Source: Clostridia bacterium (GTDB taxonomy: Bacteria > Bacillota > Clostridia > JAAYHZ01). From it: a stretch of DNA of 64,000 nucleotides. Shown in pieces: positions 50,549-61,306 of the stretch (position 1 is the first letter of the stretch; each line of letters opens with the position of its first letter). Position numbers and translations under genes: made by a program. The notes beneath the pieces were generated by a model. That model did no database searches and was not told the DNA's origin. It saw only the letters and a list, made by a program, of their open reading frames with translations. The stretch spans positions 187,971 through 251,970 of the forward strand of contig JBMNIH010000007.1 in assembly GCA_050950825.1 (NCBI GenBank). The letters are read 5' to 3'.

Positions 50549-52789
50549 ATGAGCAGGAAAATTCCGTGGGGAACTCGTGTAGCATGGTATTTCTACAACA
50601 ATCCCGAGTTTTTTGAAAAAACCGATGAAGATTTTGAGAACGATGCCAAGGAGCTTGCCGAAAGGGGCATAACGGTCGTGATCTTATTTACCATGACCCA
50701 TTTTCGCTGGAGCTTCTACCCTTATTGGGATCGTATCAACAATCTTTTGCGAAGGATTTGCAATGCCTTCCATAAGTACGGCATCAAAGTGGTGGAGCAC
50801 CACAGTACAAGTCTTTGCGAATGCCCTCTTCCCGAAGAGGAATGGGAAGACCGGGTAGGAGGCATCTTCCGTGAAAGAGGCTTGTATTTTACCTCCGACA
50901 AAGCCCGCTACGGACCTTATCTTGACCGTTGGTCGAAAATCAAGCCGTTTTTGTGCAATCCGGATTCCAAGGTGGAGGGGGTTCCCTTCTTATCTATAGT
51001 CCAAGTAGACGGCCGCACGGGGGCTCGCTCCGTATCCAATTACCAAACGAGCACCGTTTGCTACAATAACGAAGACTTCAGGCGTATCTATTTTTCCTAT
51101 CTGGAATCCCTGTACAAATGCGGAATCGACGGAATCATGACGGACGACGTACAGTTTTTTAGCGGCGGGAACGCCTGCGCTTGTTCCGTATGCCGCCGTC
51201 TTTTCAAAGAACAAACCGGATACGATTTGCCTTCTCCCGAGGAGTGGAACCAAGGTTTTATCGGCAATTACGACAATCCGGTGTTTGTTGCTTTTAACAG
51301 GTTTAAGCTGGAGAGCGCAAAGCGCTTTCAATTGGACGTGGATGCTCATTTTCGGTCTTTGGGATACGATATGATTCGCATCGACTATTTCGGATGCTCT
51401 CTTTCTTGGCCGAATACCACCTCCTATCCTTTTCATCAATGTGCCCACGCAAAAGACCTCATATTCCAAGAGAATACCCGCTTAAATGTAACAAAGCTTT
51501 CTTGGCCTTCCTATTACTGTGCCGCGGTTTACCTGTACGAATTGGGAAAGATGTATGACATTCCTTCCATGTCCGTCTTTTACGATTCGAAGGACTTTAG
51601 CATCTATTTCGGTTGGGCCATGTCCATAGCATGGGGGCAGATGTTCAACGGTTCTTTCCCTTATACCCAAGAAACGAAAAGGGCCATAAAGCTGCTTCAT
51701 AATTTTGAACGCCGTTACCCCGACATTGTGTATAACCAAAAAAAGCGGGCCGATGCCGCCGTGTTCTTTTCCACGGACATGCAAGATATTTGGCATGATA
51801 CGTCCTTGGACATATGGAAAGCCGTTCCCGCTTGGCTTCAAGCCGGTGCCTTTTCCGGATTGTGCATGAGCATTGTAACCCACAAACAAGCGGAGCAGGT
51901 ATCGGAGCTTAGCAAAAACAAAATCATTATTGTTCCGAACACCTTAATGCTAAAGGACAGTGAAATTCAAAATTTAGGCGCTTATGCGAAAGAGGGAGGA
52001 CGTCTGGTTTTATGCGGACAAGTCGGTATTTATGATGAAAATATGCGCCCTCGGCCCTACGATCGTATTAAAGAATTGCTGCAAAGTACCGTTACCCTAA
52101 AGCCTCTTTCGGAAAGCTTGTCCGTAACCCTTCCGGATTTAAGCCCCATGCCCTTTAATACCGTATACGAAGGCGGGGAAGTGTTGTACAACACGGATAA
52201 AGGCGCCGCCTGTGTTCGCGAAAAAGTGGGCTTAGGTGAAATCATATACATCGGTGTGGAATCCCAAAAGATTCCCGTCCACGGGACCGCACGAGGCAAT
52301 CGTCCTACGGCCATAAAAGCCTCGCAGGACGCCGAGCAGCTGGCACGGCCGAATCTTGCTCCGAGATACGCCGTTGATACATTACGAGCCACATTGGGAC
52401 GTTTCTTGCTCGGCTTGGTTTCCGAGCCTGTCCTTTATGCGGACAAACAGAAAGAATACTTTACCGCCGTTTTCGATTCTCACGACGGCAAAAGCCGTAT
52501 TGTCCATTTGGTGAATATTAAGGATACGCTGCAAGCGGAAGGAACGCCATATGCCTTTGAAACGGTGATTCGTGCCTTTGACATATTCAACGAGAACGGA
52601 AACGTACCCGAAAAGAACGGGGCCATAACGCTGGATGTGGAATGCGATTTTACGCCTTCCGCCGTTCGGATTCTAACGCCGGAGCGAACGGAACCCGTTG
52701 AAGTGTCTTTTGATTACGGCAAAAGACTGCAAATTCGTATTCCCGAAAACATATTCTCCGGGTATGCGGCGGTGGAAATATGCAAATAG
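50549..52789 (+). CDS. Hypothetical protein, GH42-like architecture (TIM-barrel-like N-terminus plus trimerisation/GATase-like middle domain), tentative
   Basis: 746 aa with RBS 'aaggag'. The segment 'IIIVPNTLMLKDSEIQNLGAYAKEGGRLVLCG' resembles the GH42 middle domain. Confidence 0.6.
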   Translation: MSRKIPWGTRVAWYFYNNPEFFEKTDEDFENDAKELAERGITVVILFTMTHFRWSFYPYWDRINNLLRRICNAFHKYGIKVVEHHSTSLCECPLPEEEWEDRVGGIFRERGLYFTSDKARYGPYLDRWSKIKPFLCNPDSKVEGVPFLSIVQVDGRTGARSVSNYQTSTVCYNNEDFRRIYFSYLESLYKCGIDGIMTDDVQFFSGGNACACSVCRRLFKEQTGYDLPSPEEWNQGFIGNYDNPVFVAFNRFKLESAKRFQLDVDAHFRSLGYDMIRIDYFGCSLSWPNTTSYPFHQCAHAKDLIFQENTRLNVTKLSWPSYYCAAVYLYELGKMYDIPSMSVFYDSKDFSIYFGWAMSIAWGQMFNGSFPYTQETKRAIKLLHNFERRYPDIVYNQKKRADAAVFFSTDMQDIWHDTSLDIWKAVPAWLQAGAFSGLCMSIVTHKQAEQVSELSKNKIIIVPNTLMLKDSEIQNLGAYAKEGGRLVLCGQVGIYDENMRPRPYDRIKELLQSTVTLKPLSESLSVTLPDLSPMPFNTVYEGGEVLYNTDKGAACVREKVGLGEIIYIGVESQKIPVHGTARGNRPTAIKASQDAEQLARPNLAPRYAVDTLRATLGRFLLGLVSEPVLYADKQKEYFTAVFDSHDGKSRIVHLVNIKDTLQAEGTPYAFETVIRAFDIFNENGNVPEKNGAITLDVECDFTPSAVRILTPERTEPVEVSFDYGKRLQIRIPENIFSGYAAVEICK

Positions 52790-52858
52790 TTATATAAATT
52801 GAGTAACACCTTGATATATTTTTTATATATCGACATCAAACATCTTTAGGAGGATAAA

Positions 52859-53176
52859 ATGATCGTTACAACTACACCGAATATTGAGGGAAAAAGGATT
52901 GTCGCTTACAAGGGCATCGTTTTCGGCGAAGTGGTCTCCGGCGTCAACTTTATAAAGGATTTTGCCGCAGGCTTGGCTAACTTTTTCGGAGGCCGTTCCG
53001 GCTCATACGAAGGCGAATTGATCGAAGCAAGGGAGGCGGCCATAAGGGAAATGAGCCAAAGGGCAATGAGCATAGGAGCCAATGCCGTTGTGGGAGTAGA
53101 CATTGATTACGAAGTGCTAGGCCAAGGAAACATGCTGATGGTGACGGCGTCCGGCACCGCGGTGGTGGTCGAATAA
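52859..53176 (+). CDS. ybjQ: YbjQ/UPF0145-family protein
   Basis: 105 aa. '[11 protein letters not shown]', 'GGRSGSYE' and '[13 protein letters not shown]' are present. Confidence 0.9.
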   Translation: MIVTTTPNIEGKRIVAYKGIVFGEVVSGVNFIKDFAAGLANFFGGRSGSYEGELIEAREAAIREMSQRAMSIGANAVVGVDIDYEVLGQGNMLMVTASGTAVVVE

Positions 53177-53187
53177 ACGGCAAAAAG

Positions 53188-55089
53188 AAGGGGCTGTTGC
53201 ACTAAAAAGAAATAGTGCACAGCCTCTTTTTAATTGATAAAAAATAAATCCCGATGCCCAAGAAGCAAGGGATTTATGATAAAATAACAATATGAAAACC
53301 TTAAAACTTAATAAGAAGTATACATTTAAACGAAGAAATTATCAACTAAAACTTCCAATAGAATTGGAATATAAAATTCCTGACGATGATCCGGTTCGCT
53401 TGTTGAGTCATTTTGTGGAGGAGATGGATTTAGAAGATTTGTATTCGACTTATTCTCGTATAAAGAGAAACCAAGCAAGCCCGCGTCAGATGCTTAAAAT
53501 CTTAATTTACGCATACATGAATCATATTTATTCATCAAGAGACATAGAAAAAGCATGTCGTCGCGATGTAAATTTTATGTACCTTTTAGAGGGTATGCCG
53601 GTACCTGATCATGCAACGTTTTCCAGGTTTCGAAGCTTGCATTTCACACCTTGTGCCAAAAGAATTTTGAGTGAAATGTCCGAATTTCTCTATGATATCG
53701 GAGAATTATCCGGCGACGCCATATTTATTGACGGCACGAAAATAGAGGCGTGTGCAAACAAATACACTTTTGTCTGGAAAAGAGCGGTCACAAAAAATCA
53801 AGAGAAGTTGCTTGCAAAATTGGCGGATTTCTTCGCGGAATGCGAGGAAAAGTACGGAATCAAAATAGTATACAATAATCAAGTCGAAATGAAACACGTT
53901 AAAAAGTTACGCAAGAGACTGTATGCCATAAAGAAGGAAGAAAACATCGAGTTCGTACATGGAAAAGGGAAGAGAAAAACACCTTTCCAACGATCCATTG
54001 AGACTTTGGAGAATGATTTGGATAAGCTGAAGGAATATACGAAAAACATACATGTATGCGGAGACCGCAACAGTTTTTCAAAAACGGATCACGATGCGAC
54101 GTTTATGAGAATGAAAGAGGACGCTATGGGCAACGGTCGGCTGAAAGCGGCATATAACATTCAGCATGGCGTTGACTCCGAGTACATAACATGGGTAACG
54201 GTGAATCAATGCACAACGGATGCACCGACTCTAATACCTTTTTTGAATGAAATGAGATCCCATTTAAAATTCAAATACAAAAAAGTTGTCGCGGACGCAG
54301 GATACGAAAGCGAAGAAAACTATATTTACTTGGATAAAAACGGCCAATCGGCGTATATTAAACCGTTAAATTACGAACAATCCAAAACCAAGAAATATAA
54401 AAATGACATTGGTCTTATGGAAAATATGGAATACCATGCAGAAGGAGATTATTACGTCTGTCATAACAAGAGAAAACTTGTCGTTAGCGATATAATAAAG
54501 AAAAGAAGCAAAAACGGATTTTTGAGCGAGAAAACGTATACATGCGAAGATTGCAGTGATTGCTCCTTCAAAAGTAAATGTATAAAAGGAAATAGCAAGA
54601 TTCCGTTGACTGAAAGGGTAAAAAGACTTCACGTGGCGAAGGAATTTATCCGACAACGAGAAAAAGCCATGGAAAGAATACGGAGCGAAGAAGGCTGCAT
54701 GCTTAGAATAAACAGAAGCATACAGGCGGAAGGATCTTTCGGAACAATAAAGCAGGACATGGGATTTCGGAGATTTTTGTGCAGAGGTAAGGCGAATGTA
54801 CTTGCCGAGAGCATACTACTGGCTATGGCTTTTAACGTAAATAAGCTTCACAGTAAAATTCAAGCCGGACGAACCGGTACACATCTTTTTCAATTTGAAA
54901 ATAGTGCTTAAGTGAAAACAAATTAAAGAAAAAGCCGATTATTACAAAAGGTGTATTAAGTGCACCCTTTTTTAGTAATCGGCTTCTTTGTTGATTAAAA
55001 TTAATTAAAATTCCTTAAATTCAAGGTAAAATATTGAAAAAGAGGCAGTGCATCAGAAGTTTAAAAAACCTCTAATGCAACAGCCCCTT
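53188..55089 (+). mobile_element. IS1182-family insertion sequence, intact copy (1902 bp)
   Basis: IRs 'AAGGGGCTGTTGCA' at both ends (the right one reverse-complemented). It is inserted between ybjQ and the TetR gene. Confidence 0.9.
53292..54911 (+). CDS. IS1182-family transposase
   Basis: 539 aa. 'IPDDDPVRLLSHFVEEMDL', 'SSRDIEKACRRDVNFMYL' and 'PDHATFSRFR' are present. Confidence 0.9.
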   Translation: MKTLKLNKKYTFKRRNYQLKLPIELEYKIPDDDPVRLLSHFVEEMDLEDLYSTYSRIKRNQASPRQMLKILIYAYMNHIYSSRDIEKACRRDVNFMYLLEGMPVPDHATFSRFRSLHFTPCAKRILSEMSEFLYDIGELSGDAIFIDGTKIEACANKYTFVWKRAVTKNQEKLLAKLADFFAECEEKYGIKIVYNNQVEMKHVKKLRKRLYAIKKEENIEFVHGKGKRKTPFQRSIETLENDLDKLKEYTKNIHVCGDRNSFSKTDHDATFMRMKEDAMGNGRLKAAYNIQHGVDSEYITWVTVNQCTTDAPTLIPFLNEMRSHLKFKYKKVVADAGYESEENYIYLDKNGQSAYIKPLNYEQSKTKKYKNDIGLMENMEYHAEGDYYVCHNKRKLVVSDIIKKRSKNGFLSEKTYTCEDCSDCSFKSKCIKGNSKIPLTERVKRLHVAKEFIRQREKAMERIRSEEGCMLRINRSIQAEGSFGTIKQDMGFRRFLCRGKANVLAESILLAMAFNVNKLHSKIQAGRTGTHLFQFENSA

Positions 55090-55094
55090 TCTTC

Positions 55095-55715
55095 TTAATC
55101 GGTCTTATTCTGCTGATTAATCATAGCCGCCTGCATGGGCAGTCCGGTAGGTCCGATGATTTTGGTTACAAATCCGGCCATTTCCTTCGGCTGCTGTTTG
55201 CGTCCGGTTTTCAGCCATGTCTCCAAAAGTCCGATGTATCCGTTAATGATAAAGGAATTGAACAATTCGTATTCTTCCGGGCTTAAGGATAGCCCCACTT
55301 CCTTCCAAATACTCGAGCATTTTTCATCCACCAGCTTCTTTACACGTTGCAAAAAGGCCATATCTCCGTTAGGTCCAAGCATGATTTGGCACCACTCGTG
55401 GTTTTTATCAAAGAAGGCAAATACTTTGGTTAGGATATAATACGGATCGGCTTCTTGGAAAAAAGGGGCTTTGATGGGGTCGATCAGTTCGTAAAACTCG
55501 TTAAAAAATTCTTCCTCCACCTTTTTGATCATATCAAAGATATCCGTATAGTGGTAGTAGAAAGTACCCCGATTCACGTCCGCCAGATCGCATAACTCCT
55601 TTACCGTGATACTCGAATAAGGCTTTTTTTTAAGCAAAGCAATCAAGCATTCTTTTAGTCTTTTTTTTGTGTGTCGGACGCTTCTGTTCTCCGCTTTCTT
55701 GTTTTCCATATCCAT
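55095..55715 (-). CDS. TetR/AcrR-family transcriptional regulator
   Basis: N-terminal HTH 'ITVKELCDLADVNRGTFYYHY'. Confidence 0.85.
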   Translation of the reverse strand: MDMENKKAENRSVRHTKKRLKECLIALLKKKPYSSITVKELCDLADVNRGTFYYHYTDIFDMIKKVEEEFFNEFYELIDPIKAPFFQEADPYYILTKVFAFFDKNHEWCQIMLGPNGDMAFLQRVKKLVDEKCSSIWKEVGLSLSPEEYELFNSFIINGYIGLLETWLKTGRKQQPKEMAGFVTKIIGPTGLPMQAAMINQQNKTD

Positions 55716-55860
55716 ATCTTTACCCTTCTTTCGACATAAATATTTATGCTTGTTGAGATTTCACCTTTTATAAAAAAGTTGATGATTTAATAAAATGGAT
55801 AAATATGCTAGACTTGATTGTAGTTCAAAATTCAACACTTGTCAAGTTGGGAGGGGATCT

Positions 55861-56565
55861 ATGGACTCTTTTGTCCGTTTTGAAAATGTTACCAAGGAAT
55901 ACCGTGCAGGAGATGTAGTCGTTACCGCACTACAGGGTGTTTCTTTTGAAATCATGAAAGGCGAAATCTGCATTATACTCGGTGAATCCGGAGCCGGAAA
56001 GACCACCGTTTTAAATATATTAGGGGGAATGGATACCCTGACTTCAGGGAAAGCGTATTTAGGAGAAAAAGAGATATCTTTATTGAACAAAAAGGAATTA
56101 ACCGCGTATCGGCGGGAAGATATCGGATTTGTATTCCAATTCTATAATCTGATTCCGAACCTTACCGCCATAGAAAACGTGGAAATTGTGACCCAGATGA
56201 TTAAAGATCCTCTGCCTGCGGAACAAGTCTTAAAAGACGTAGGCTTGGAGGACCGCATGTATCATTTTCCTGCCCAGCTTTCCGGAGGCGAGCAGCAGCG
56301 GGTGGCCATTGCCCGAGCATTGGCAAAAAGGCCTCGGCTTTTGTTGTGCGACGAGCCTACGGGCGCCTTGGATTATCGCACCGGAAGGCAGATCTTAAAG
56401 CTTTTACAGGACCAAAGCCGTAACAACGGAATATCCGTTGTTATCGTTACCCATAACTCGGCTCTTACGGGGATGGCGGACCGCATCATTCGGTTGAAAA
56501 GCGGAAAAGTCGTTTCCATTAAGGAAAACGAACGTGTTCTGTCTGTAGAGGAGATCGAATGGTAA
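55861..56565 (+). CDS. ABC transporter ATP-binding protein (MacB/FtsE-like)
   Basis: 'GESGAGKTT', '[15 protein letters not shown]' and '[12 protein letters not shown]' are present. RBS 'gggagggg' precedes the ATG at 55861 (the ORF is open from 55795). Confidence 0.9.
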   Translation: MDSFVRFENVTKEYRAGDVVVTALQGVSFEIMKGEICIILGESGAGKTTVLNILGGMDTLTSGKAYLGEKEISLLNKKELTAYRREDIGFVFQFYNLIPNLTAIENVEIVTQMIKDPLPAEQVLKDVGLEDRMYHFPAQLSGGEQQRVAIARALAKRPRLLLCDEPTGALDYRTGRQILKLLQDQSRNNGISVVIVTHNSALTGMADRIIRLKSGKVVSIKENERVLSVEEIEW

Positions 56566-59500
56566 TGAGAAGAAGTTCGGCATGGAGAAAAAACAACCTA
56601 CGGGAAATTAAAAAAACACCGGGCCGCTATTTTGCCATTCTTGCCATCATCGCATTGGGAGTGGGCTTTTTTTCAGGGTTAATAATTACAAAACCGGCCA
56701 TGGTAAAAACATTGGACAAATACGTAACGGAGCATAAGATGTATGACTTCCGTTTGTTGTCGACGTTAGGCCTTACCGATGAAGACGTAAGCTTTTTCAA
56801 TGCAAAAGAAGGAATGACGGCGGAAGGCGCCCTATCCGTCGATTTTATGGCCGCTTTGGATGCAGGGGAAGAGGAAATCATTCTAAAAGCCCATTCCGTA
56901 ACCGAATCGGTAAGCTTGCTTTCGGTCCGGCAGGGTAGGCTTCCGAAGGCCGCTAACGAGTGCGTGCTGGATGCTCGGATGTTTTCGGATGACGTTATAG
57001 GCACTAAAATTAAAGTATCCGAATCCAACGACAAGGATACGAAGGACCTTTTCGCTTACGACGAATACGAGGTCGTAGGTCTTGTCAATTCGGTCCATTA
57101 TATCAGCTACGACCGCGGTACCACCGGCATCGGTACCGGGTCCGTCCATGCCTTCGCATTTATTCCGATTGAAGGCTTTGACGTTGAATATTTTACGGAA
57201 ATTCAGCTTTGGCTGCCTCATGATTTTGAAATCTACAGCGAGGAATACGAAGACTTTATATCCTCACGCGAAGAGATTGTAAAGGCCGCTTTGGAGGAAA
57301 GAGCCGATCTTCGCTACAAAAGTATTGTGGACGAAGCAATGGAGAAAATTGCGGACGGCCAAAAGGAATACGATGAGGCGTACGAGGAATATTTGAAAGA
57401 AAAAGCCGATGCGGAAAAAGAATTGGAAGATGCAAAAAAGGAATTGGAGGATGCCGAAAAGAAAATCCGTGAAGAAGAAGAAAAACTGCTGGACGGAGAG
57501 AAGAAGCTTCTTGACGGGGAAAAAGAATACCTTGAAGCGGTTAAAGAATACGAGGAATCCTTGGCGGATTTTACTCAAAAGGAAAAGGATGCTTATGCCG
57601 CCTTGGATGCGGCGAAGCAAGAGCTTCAACAACAGCGCCTCCAAGTGGAATCCGGTATATCGCAAATAGAGAAAAGCGGCGTTTTGGAGCAGTTTGCGCA
57701 ATTGACGGAAACCATTGCTTCTCTTAAGGAAGCCCTATCGATGATCTCTCCGAGCCTTCCGCAGTACCAAGCATTTAAAATGCAGCTGGCTCAAGCGGAG
57801 GTAGCCCTTCAAAGGATTCATGAATCCGGAGCTCTTGTGCAATACGAGCAATTAAAAGGCGCTCTTGTTCAGATCGAAGAAGGAGAAGTCCGTTGGGAAA
57901 GAGAAAAAGAAATGACCGTCCAAATGCTGGAGGAGGGAAAAGCAAAGCTTTCGGAGGGAAAGATCAGGCTGGATGATGCAAAAGCGGAAATCGATAAAAA
58001 CAAAAAGGACATTGAGGAAGGCAAGAAAGCCATCCAAGAGGCAAAGGAGGAATACGAAAAAGGCCTTTTGGACTATGAGAAGGGTAAAAAGGAAGCCGAC
58101 GAGGCATTTCAAGAAGCGGAAGAAGAATTGGCCAAGGCTTTAAAAGATTTGGAGAATGCTCGTAAAGAGGTGGAAGACATTCCGAAGCCGAAAACCTTCA
58201 TTTTGGACCGTACCTACAACCAAGGATATGCGTCTTTTGAAAACGATTCCTCCATCTTGGAGGGTATCGGAAAGGTCCTTCCCGTTTTCTTTTTCTTGGT
58301 GGCCGCCATGGTATGCTCCGTCACCATGACCCGAATGACCGATGAACACCGTACCCAAATCGGTACGCTAAAAGCTTTAGGGTACGGCGACTTTAAGATC
58401 GCGCGAAAATACATGACCTATGCCGGCAGTGCCGCGTTGATCGGCTGTGTGATCGGGTATTTTATGGGAACGAAATATTTCCCGATGGCCATATGGGCAG
58501 CCTACAGCATGATTTACGATATTTCTTCCATTGCATATATCCACGACATACGGCTGGCAGTCATTTCTTTGGCGGTTTCTTTCCTTTGCTCAGTAGGGGT
58601 TACGTATGTATCCTGCAAAAGCGAGCTTTTACAGATGCCGGCCGAGTTAATAAGGCCGAAGGCGCCCAAGCCCGGAAAACGGGTTTTATTGGAGAGAATT
58701 CCCGTCATTTGGAGTCGACTTCGGTTTGTACAAAAAGTGTCCATTCGCAATATATTCCGGTATAAGCGGAGGCTTTTGATGACGGTTTTGGGGGTTGCAG
58801 GGTGCATGTCCATGGTTGTGGCGGCTCTTGGAATCAAGAACTCCGTCAGCAATGTGGTCAACGACCAGTTTGACAACATCATGATTTACGACTTTAACAT
58901 CCGGTTTTCCGAAGGACAAACCTCGGCGGAAAGAGCGGAATTCATAAAAACCTACAAGGACGTATTATCGGAATGCGCATTCGTTTTGGAAAGCGATATC
59001 GAAGCGGTGAAAGGCGAAAGTATAAAAACCGTTACGATGGTGGCTACCGATGACCCGAATATCACTTCCGTGGTTCGGCTGTATTCGAAAAGCGGAAATA
59101 TGCCCTATCCTTCCGACGGAAAAGCGGTGTTAAGCCATCGATTGGCGGAAAATTTCAATATTGCGGTAGGAGATACGATCACCGTTCGGATCAATGACCT
59201 TGAAACGGCGGATATTCCCGTGGAGGGCATCTTTGAAAACTATATGGGCAACTTCTTGTTTATGACCGGTAATACCTACAAAGCCTTTTTCGAAAAAGAG
59301 CCCTCTTACCAAAACGCCTATGCTTCTACCGACAAGGAGGATCTGTATTCCGTATCCGCCTTGCTGACCAACGACGACAGCGTGGCCTCCGTAACGGTTC
59401 TTTACGATTTGAGAGTGATGGTGGACAATATGATGGAAAGCCTGAACCGAGTCGTAACCTTGGTCATCTTTTGCGCGGCGGCCTTAAGCTTTGTCGTGAT

Positions 59501-59843
59501 TTACAATCTGAATAACATCAACATTACGGAACGGGCTCGGGAGATTGCCACCATAAAAGTGCTAGGCTTTTATCCTTATGAGACGGAAGAATATATTTTC
59601 CGCGAAACGCTCATATTGACGGCTATCAGTGTCATAATAGGATTAGGCTTGGGTAAATTGCTCCATCAATTTGTGATGGACCAAATCCGGGTGGATGCGG
59701 TTTCCTTTAAGTATCGAATTTTATGGAGCAGCTATTTCATCGGTGCCGCGGTCACCTTCGTTATCACCTTCCTTGTGAATTTGATGCTGAGGAAGAAGAT
59801 CGACAACATTAAACCGGCGGAATCGCTGAAATCCGTTGAATAG
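56559..59843 (+). CDS. FtsX-family ABC permease with a very large extracytoplasmic/coiled-coil insertion
   Basis: 1094 aa. There are two FtsX-type 4-TM blocks (around aa 560-690 and 960-1090). The region of about aa 250-540 is E/K/L-rich with a heptad-like pattern. Confidence 0.8.
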   Translation: MVMRRSSAWRKNNLREIKKTPGRYFAILAIIALGVGFFSGLIITKPAMVKTLDKYVTEHKMYDFRLLSTLGLTDEDVSFFNAKEGMTAEGALSVDFMAALDAGEEEIILKAHSVTESVSLLSVRQGRLPKAANECVLDARMFSDDVIGTKIKVSESNDKDTKDLFAYDEYEVVGLVNSVHYISYDRGTTGIGTGSVHAFAFIPIEGFDVEYFTEIQLWLPHDFEIYSEEYEDFISSREEIVKAALEERADLRYKSIVDEAMEKIADGQKEYDEAYEEYLKEKADAEKELEDAKKELEDAEKKIREEEEKLLDGEKKLLDGEKEYLEAVKEYEESLADFTQKEKDAYAALDAAKQELQQQRLQVESGISQIEKSGVLEQFAQLTETIASLKEALSMISPSLPQYQAFKMQLAQAEVALQRIHESGALVQYEQLKGALVQIEEGEVRWEREKEMTVQMLEEGKAKLSEGKIRLDDAKAEIDKNKKDIEEGKKAIQEAKEEYEKGLLDYEKGKKEADEAFQEAEEELAKALKDLENARKEVEDIPKPKTFILDRTYNQGYASFENDSSILEGIGKVLPVFFFLVAAMVCSVTMTRMTDEHRTQIGTLKALGYGDFKIARKYMTYAGSAALIGCVIGYFMGTKYFPMAIWAAYSMIYDISSIAYIHDIRLAVISLAVSFLCSVGVTYVSCKSELLQMPAELIRPKAPKPGKRVLLERIPVIWSRLRFVQKVSIRNIFRYKRRLLMTVLGVAGCMSMVVAALGIKNSVSNVVNDQFDNIMIYDFNIRFSEGQTSAERAEFIKTYKDVLSECAFVLESDIEAVKGESIKTVTMVATDDPNITSVVRLYSKSGNMPYPSDGKAVLSHRLAENFNIAVGDTITVRINDLETADIPVEGIFENYMGNFLFMTGNTYKAFFEKEPSYQNAYASTDKEDLYSVSALLTNDDSVASVTVLYDLRVMVDNMMESLNRVVTLVIFCAAALSFVVIYNLNNINITERAREIATIKVLGFYPYETEEYIFRETLILTAISVIIGLGLGKLLHQFVMDQIRVDAVSFKYRILWSSYFIGAAVTFVITFLVNLMLRKKIDNIKPAESLKSVE

Positions 59844-60062
59844 ATCGAAGATAAGGAAGAATTTACCAAATGAACGCTCACTCACTAAATTTTACCATAA
59901 CAAAATTAGACTGCCAATTTCTTAAAAAACGTATTAAATGTTACGGACATAAAAGACAAGTTATGGTAAGATAAGAAGGGAATGACGTTCGAAGGCATGA
60001 TTTTCGAATAGTCGGAAACCGTAAGGGAGTACACCTTTTCTAAACGACGGGAGGTTTGCAGT

Positions 60063-61256
60063 ATGAGCTTTAAAATTAGCGATACGATTACTTGGACGGG
60101 TAAAATCGATTGGGAATTGAACCGATTTCACGGAGACGAGTACTCCGTTCATCGAGGAACATCCTACAACTCGTATTTAATTCGTGACGAAAAGACCGTT
60201 TTGATCGATACGGTTTGGGCGCCTTTTGCCAAAGAATTCGTTGAAAACTTGAAAAAAGAAATCGATCTTGACGAAATCGACTATATAATCGCCAACCACG
60301 GTGAAATCGATCACAGCGGGGCCCTTCCCGAATTGATGCGATATATACCGGACAAGCCCATTTACTGCACAAAAAATGCCGTTCGATCCATCAAAGGCCA
60401 CCATCATGAGGATTGGAATTTTGTTGAAGTAAAGACGGGAGATACGCTGGATATCGGGAAGAACAAGCTGGTTTTCGTGGAAGCCCGCATGCTGCATTGG
60501 CCGGATACCATGATGACGTATATGGCCGGAGAAAACGTTTTGTTCAGCAACGACGCTTTTGGGCAGCATTACGCCTCGGAGCTCATGTTTAACGATTTGG
60601 TTGACCGAGAGGAATTGTACCGTGAGGCCATGAAGTATTACGCCAACATATTGACGCCTTTCAGCCCTTTGGTGACGAAGAAGATTCAAGAAGTGATAGA
60701 CATGAATATACCCATCAACATGATTTGTCCGAGTCACGGAATCATTTGGAGGGACAACCCCTTACAGATCGTAGAGACCTATCTGAAGTGGGCGGCCGAT
60801 TACCAAGAAAACCAAATCGTCATCGTATACGATACCATGTGGAACGGCACACGCAAAATGGCGGAGGCCATTGCGGAAGGGATCAAGGAAGCGGACAAGG
60901 ATGTGACCGTAAAGCTTTTCAACAGCGCAAAACGAGATAAGAACGACATCTTGACCGAGATTTTTAAATCCAAAGCATTCTTGATCGGTTCACCTACCAT
61001 CAACAAGGGATTGGCTCATTCGATCGGCGGACTTTTGGAAATGATGAGAGGATTAGGCTTCAAGAATAAGAAAGCGGCAAGCTTCGGAAGCTACGGCTGG
61101 AGTGGGGAAGGTATAAAATTAATTACCCAAGCTTTGAAGGAAGCGGGTATAGCGACGGTGGACGACGGCATAAGGGAATTGTGGAACCCGGATGATGAAG
61201 CGAAAGAGCGCTTGAAAGCGTACGGGAAAAATTTCGTAGAAGCGATAAAGGCTTAA
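60063..61256 (+). CDS. Flavodiiron protein (FprA-type A-type flavoprotein)
   Basis: Metallo-beta-lactamase-like N-terminus with 'NHGEIDHSG' and a flavodoxin-like C-terminus 'IVYDTMWNGT...GSPTIN'. Confidence 0.85.
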   Translation: MSFKISDTITWTGKIDWELNRFHGDEYSVHRGTSYNSYLIRDEKTVLIDTVWAPFAKEFVENLKKEIDLDEIDYIIANHGEIDHSGALPELMRYIPDKPIYCTKNAVRSIKGHHHEDWNFVEVKTGDTLDIGKNKLVFVEARMLHWPDTMMTYMAGENVLFSNDAFGQHYASELMFNDLVDREELYREAMKYYANILTPFSPLVTKKIQEVIDMNIPINMICPSHGIIWRDNPLQIVETYLKWAADYQENQIVIVYDTMWNGTRKMAEAIAEGIKEADKDVTVKLFNSAKRDKNDILTEIFKSKAFLIGSPTINKGLAHSIGGLLEMMRGLGFKNKKAASFGSYGWSGEGIKLITQALKEAGIATVDDGIRELWNPDDEAKERLKAYGKNFVEAIKA

Positions 61257-61282
61257 CGAGCTTGCGGCAAGCTTATTTAACA

Positions 61283-61306
61283 AGAGGCGGAAAAGCCTCT
61301 TTTCTT
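61283..61306 (+). terminator. Rho-independent terminator
   Basis: 'agaggc ggaaaa gcctct' followed by 'tttctt'. Confidence 0.6.
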
